This document shows positions 58,901 through 64,000 of a stretch of DNA of 64,000 bases, piece by piece. This DNA comes from Raillietiella orientalis (Eukaryota), in contig JAYWIR010000039.1 in the NCBI GenBank assembly GCA_036172245.1, forward strand, positions 62,001 to 126,000. Reading direction: 5' to 3'. The notes beneath the pieces were generated by a model that did no database searches, was not told where the DNA came from, and saw nothing but the letters and a program-made list of their open reading frames with translations. A program made the translations under genes and the position numbers. Within the stretch, counting starts at the first letter, position 1, and the number at the start of each line of letters is the position of its first letter.

Positions 58901-60549
58901 GTAAACGTTCTTTCAAAGGAAAGCGATTTCATGTATTTTGCGAACCTGAAAAAATGCTTTTTTTCGTTTTCTTGAAAAGTGCAGAAAGCTTCCTTTGTAC
59001 AAAAAGAAAATACGTTAGAAGCTGGCAGACTCTTTGAAGACAGCAATGCATTTATTTTGTAACTGAAAGCCCGATTGATCTGCAGTAGAAAAAATGCTTT
59101 TAACTCTTGGGAAGAGAAATATCACACAGATGGAGGACAAAGCTATGCTTGCTCCACGCGAAACAGAAAAGAACTGAGGAGATGGAAGCACCTGACTGCT
59201 CTACCATATCTCTCGGAAAATGAGGGTCCTTGGTAAGTGAAGCAGCTGCTTGGCGGAAGCTTGTGAGAAAAGATGCAGCTATGATTTCAAGGGAACTGGA
59301 GTCACGGAATAAAGAGCTTCGGGCAAAGAAGAAGAAGAGGAATAAGAAACCAGGGAAAGTTATGATACGTAGGAAAAGTGAGGAAGATCATTTGGGCGCG
59401 AATTTGGAAGTCTTCTGTCGCACTTTACATTCTCTACGGATGAAATTATTGAATGTGCGCGTATCACAGCAACTGAAGTGAAGCACACTCTCGTGGCTGT
59501 CGATGCTCTCAGTGGGGGGGAATCGAGTTCCACGTTTGCTTCCGCTTTCCTCGTTTGGACTGGAAGATTGAAGGACTCGGTCTATTTGCAAAGGCCAAGC
59601 CCAGAACTTTGAACCCCGACCCGTTTCAAAGAGCACGTGGTCGTTTCCCTCGATCACGCACTGTTAAAGATGCATAGCTTGCATTCTGCAGCCACCCTCT
59701 AGCAGTCTAGAATGCATCTTTGCAGCAAGCTTCAGATACTACTTTCACTGCAATGCGTTGTGTACTCTTGGAGCGAACAAAGCGTCCCGTCCTTCTGAGA
59801 ACCACGTAGCCCCATCATGGCAAAGATCGTTTGCGCTCCGGTGATCCATAGGCGTGCCATAGGACGCTCCCGAGGCATTCGTTTTGTGCTGTGCTTCTGA
59901 TCGGATCCAGCGTATCCTATTCTACGGGTTCTGAGGGAATCAAGATAGCTCCATCTGTTTGTTGCGGAACGACGATTTCAAATCTTTAATTAGAGAAGGC
60001 AAAATGTGATAATAGGATAACGAAATAAGTCGAGAAAGACCACTGGTTCATCAAAAGTGGCTCTTCCTGCTTTCCGCCTTGCCCTTGGATAACAGCACAC
60101 GCCACATGCGCAATTGTTTTCGAAAATTGATCCAGTATATAATCGCGGACACAACTTGCCAATCGCCTTCAGACAAAGATGGCAGTTTGATGGGAGTCTA
60201 CGCTTGAGGGACTGGTTGCCTGCAGGGGTAAGGAAAGTCACGAGCAGCACTCGAAGTTGATGGGGATTTTTTCAAGGCATGGATCCATCGAGGGACTTGA
60301 TATGTGAAGACGCTGTGAAAAAGTACACGTCTTGGGAAAATTCTTCAGATCATGCGTGGGTAAAAATTCCTCCACGAAGATTGCACCCACGATTTATGGA
60401 TGATAAAAAGAGAGTGAAAGAGAGAACGTGCAACGACGGGATAAAAAGAAAATCTCTACGTGAGCAAAAATCCCGATACACGTCGACGGTCACTGAGATA
60501 CGGAGAATGGAGATGCAGCTGCATCCAGCCAGCGTTCCCGCGAAATAGT

Positions 60550-62300
60550 CACTGTCTTCCTGGGACGTGATCCGGTACAGGGAACGTGAATGTGCGTTTT
60601 TTCATTTTATAGAAAAACCCTTTTTCATTGCGTGCTTTCGTTTGCAATTTCGCGTTTCTACGCAGCTATCGATAATAACATGCAGTTGCAGAAAACCTTT
60701 TGGAAAGAAGCGAAGCAATGCTCTGCAACAGAGGTCTTGCAGAGGAAGCGAAGAAGAAGAAAGGAATCTACGACAGCTGCAAGGAGGTTGCTAGGAGCAG
60801 CGCGAAAGGGAGCACTGCATCCTGGAAACGCGACCCGTAGGACACAGCCGGGCTCGCGAGCTCAAGCCCAAGCCAAAAACTCATCCGAAAAGAACTTGCA
60901 GATAACAAGATGTCGCCGAACGATGATGAAAGATCCAGCCAACATGCTGAGGACCGTGACCGCAGTCGCGGACAAAGAGTTGCGACATCCGATTTGATCT
61001 TCATCGACAACTTGTGAAAATTTTCCGGGAAGCAAACGCTCTTCCTTGATCGGAGAAAAGAGGGACGTTTTCGTCACCCTTGGAGAATGCACGGATTCGT
61101 CAAGTGCATCTCGGCGCATCCTCACGCGCACACCCAAGGCAGTGATTTCCTGCAATGAAGATCAGAGGGTATTCAGGCCAACCTATTTTCCCACTTGATC
61201 AGTTTGGGTTTGAGTTGGCAGAAGACAAAAGCAAATCGATCAGGGGTTCGGGATGGAAGCTGATTCAAAAATGCGATCAACGCGCAAGTTGGTTCGGCAA
61301 AAAGAAGCCCGAAGAAAATAATCCAGAAAGGAAAAGGGATTCTATGTTCTTATGGCTGCAAAGAGAATCAAAATCGAAGATTCCAGACATTTTGAAACAG
61401 CTAAGGAAAAAGGCACGCCTGAAAGTATCAAACAGATGGAGAATGAAAGCACGAGATGATTTCCTATAAGACGACCAGAGCTGTGGCGCAGAACACGTGA
61501 GTGGAGCAGAGACTTTCCCCTGCATCCTCACAGATGTTTCGCTTTTGCTTTGATCTTTAGTCTCTGGGGTCTCTTGGTTTCTATAAACATCACGAGATCC
61601 CCGAATCAATAAACAAGTGATGTCTTCATTGTTTTTACGGTCAGAGGTCAAACGGAGAACCCAGAGCCCATCAATTCTCAGGAAGAAAATGCATGCCTAA
61701 CATTAAAGCATACAAAAGAATCAGACTATGGAGGTCGAAGGGAAGGAAATAAATCGATTGCTGTTAGGAAAACAGGTTCAACCGGGTTGCGAACGTGAAG
61801 CGAGCGGGAGAGCCAAGATGCACTGGACCAGAAAGCACGTATTTCGGTTAGGCTCCCTTTCTGTATGTCGGAAATGAAAATGCCTTGGCCCGCCACGACG
61901 CGGTTTTCCTCCTATCATTATGACCCCCAATCCCTGCACTCCCTGAAAAGCAGGGGAGCAGTCCAACGCCGAATCTGGATTGCGCTGTCAAGCTGCAATA
62001 CCGCCAATGAGCACGGAAAGCCGACCACCACACGGGGATCTCTTGGCACGAGGTGAGGGTGGCTTCACAGGCGTATCTTGCCCGGTTCTGCTTGCTCGGT
62101 TCCTTCACACATTCTCGAAAAAATCTCCCCAATCCCGTGCGTCGACAAGGTCTGCGTGTGCTGAGCCGGTATCCCGGAAGCCGAAATGCTTCCAATGATT
62201 TGTGGTAACAGCTGTTAACTTTAGTCGAGTCCGTGGCAGCAAGATTCTCCAGGAGCAATTAGCATTTGCGACGCCCGTCACCAAGGGATGAAAAAAGTAG
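60550..62300 (+). mobile_element. Decayed L1/Tx1-like element (ORF1 knuckles, endonuclease start)
   Basis: Frameshifted TCSCRKPF..KEAKQC...CRGSEEE..YDSCK twin-knuckle remnant at about 60678-60783, then GATTTCCTGCAA (DFLQ) at about 61144. Confidence 0.5.
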
Positions 62301-62599
62301 GACCGAGGGGGGAAGTGAACCGGTTGAGGAACACCAGTGACACGGTGACTGCTAAGCACCATCAACGCTCCGCGATTTTTCATCATAAATTTTTTTCTCG
62401 TGGTGCCAACCCCCTACGGAGATCAAATGTGATTTCGTGGGATGTCGCCTCAGATTTTCACCTGATCAATGTTCCGGTTCTCCCGAAATCTTGAAAGAAT
62501 TCAGGTCCACCCTCCCCTTCCTCCCTTTTCCTGTTTCTTCGATACGTTGGCGCCCCTCCCGGAGGAATCCTACGAAAACAAGAAAGCTGATCAAGTAGT

Positions 62600-63000
62600 A
62601 AAAAGCGTCTCGAATCCGAAGAGATTCATTACTTCAGTGTGAATGCATCTCGAATCCGTCCAGGGGAGCGTAGAGCCGGGCGTCTCCAGGAATTATTCCG
62701 GAGCTGCCACTGCCCACACTCCGGCCTTTCTGCGGGGACTTCCACCAGCTCCCGTTGCCGCGTCTTTTCAACGACAGTTGTAGCCGGTGCCTTTCCCCTA
62801 ACTAGGTGGTGTGTTTTGAAGCTGCCCACGACGACAGCTACCGTTTCCAGGTTCAGCTGCCATCACGGAAGCGAGGATGTTGCTGAGTCTCCACGTGTCC
62901 GTGGCTGGTTGATGCAAGTTTCGACACCTGTCGTTCCGCCGAGGTACAAAAGTGATGAAAGATGCTTTCCATGCTGAAAGATGCTTTCTTTTGCTGTTGT
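62600..63000 (-). mobile_element. Possible decayed LINE ORF1 fragment
   Basis: Locally GC-richer; peptide VVEKTRQRELVEVPAERPECG has an ORF1-like character only. Confidence 0.25.
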
Positions 63001-64000
63001 TGTTGTTTCGGTTCGCTGAGTACTCCCAGGACCCAAGTAGCAGGAAGTACAAGCGAGTTTCCTTTTTAGCCACGAGTGGTCAAAGGCAAAGGAATCTTTC
63101 GAACCCTGCTTTGCTTTCGCAAGTCGTGGCTGATCTGATCACTGCGCAACATTGCCTCACCTAATCCCACTTTCCTCAGGAGTCACGGTCACACGAACGG
63201 CCCCCCGTGCTTTCGAAAAACACGAAAGCGATCGATCTTGGAAGGAACACGGCCAATTTGCAATGATGCCACCCGCTGTAATGGTCGGCTGACGGGCGAA
63301 GCGTGCGTCATGCGGTTCTCTTCGGTCAACTTTGCAGAGAGATGTTTGCACAGGCCGCTCAAGACAGGGGGTGCAGAAGGGATGCTCTTTCCGCAGAAAG
63401 AGAAAAAGAAAAAAAAAAAAAAACAGACAACGCTGAAGGTGCAAATTTTCGGAAACGGCATCTGAACTTCGCTTAAGGACTCTCTCCGTCAACATGGAAT
63501 AATCCCATCTGCAAATGGATTCCTCAGTTTTCCGGAAGAGAAAGAATAAGATAATGACGATGACTATCTCTCTGTCATGCTGGAAAACAAAACACAAGCG
63601 GGCCCATCAGCCAAAGCAGTTATTTCGACACTCTCCACGCGAAGACGCGCGTCTCGCCGCGATTCGTCAACTGATTGCTGAGCCCTTCGGTTGCCAAGGA
63701 TCCGAGTGGAAGGAAGAAAGGAAGAATCTTCGGAAAGTTCGGGGAGGAGGAGGTTTCAGAAAGTAGTAGCAGCGTGCAGCAGGTATCTTCAGGAAAAAAA
63801 AATGGCAGAAGATATCGAGTCGTATTTCCCATGGCGAAAGCCAACATGGACGCTTGCAGTGTGTTCATGCATACTGTACGCACGTCATCCATTACATGAT
63901 GCATATTTCAGTGGAGCGCGCACACGCTATTCATCCGAGGAATTAACTGCATCTTCGAGCGAGTTCTTACAGGATTATGTCCTGCAAAAAAACGTGAACC

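Overview
Eukaryotic, metazoan (probably arthropod-like) genomic DNA; no prokaryotic features. Four spliced host genes can be reconstructed by hand. These are the 3' end of STUB1/CHIP (+, 1095-3816), TAF1B/Rrn7 (+, 9798-16757), a type II membrane protein with a Frizzled CRD and five LDL-receptor class A repeats but no protease domain (-, about 23498-27288), and mitochondrial lipoyltransferase LIPT1 (-, 54553-56115). The housekeeping gene bodies are AT-rich and CpG-poor, whereas about 21-54 kb is very GC/CpG-rich. From about 28.5 to 54.2 kb the sequence is almost wholly decayed, nested L1/Tx1-clade non-LTR retrotransposon copies on both strands. Most ORFs in the supplied track there are chance GC-rich ORFs or frameshifted TE remnants. 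The most notable observations are (1) a 3'-UTR stem-loop with a conserved loop (consensus CUGCGY) and compensatory stem changes in five diverged LINE copies; (2) several perfect 16-30 bp hairpins, an 18-bp palindrome, a micro-inversion and short templated-looking repeats in otherwise eroded sequence; and (3) a near-identical 535-bp duplication among old copies. All TE boundaries are approximate and all alignments were done by eye.
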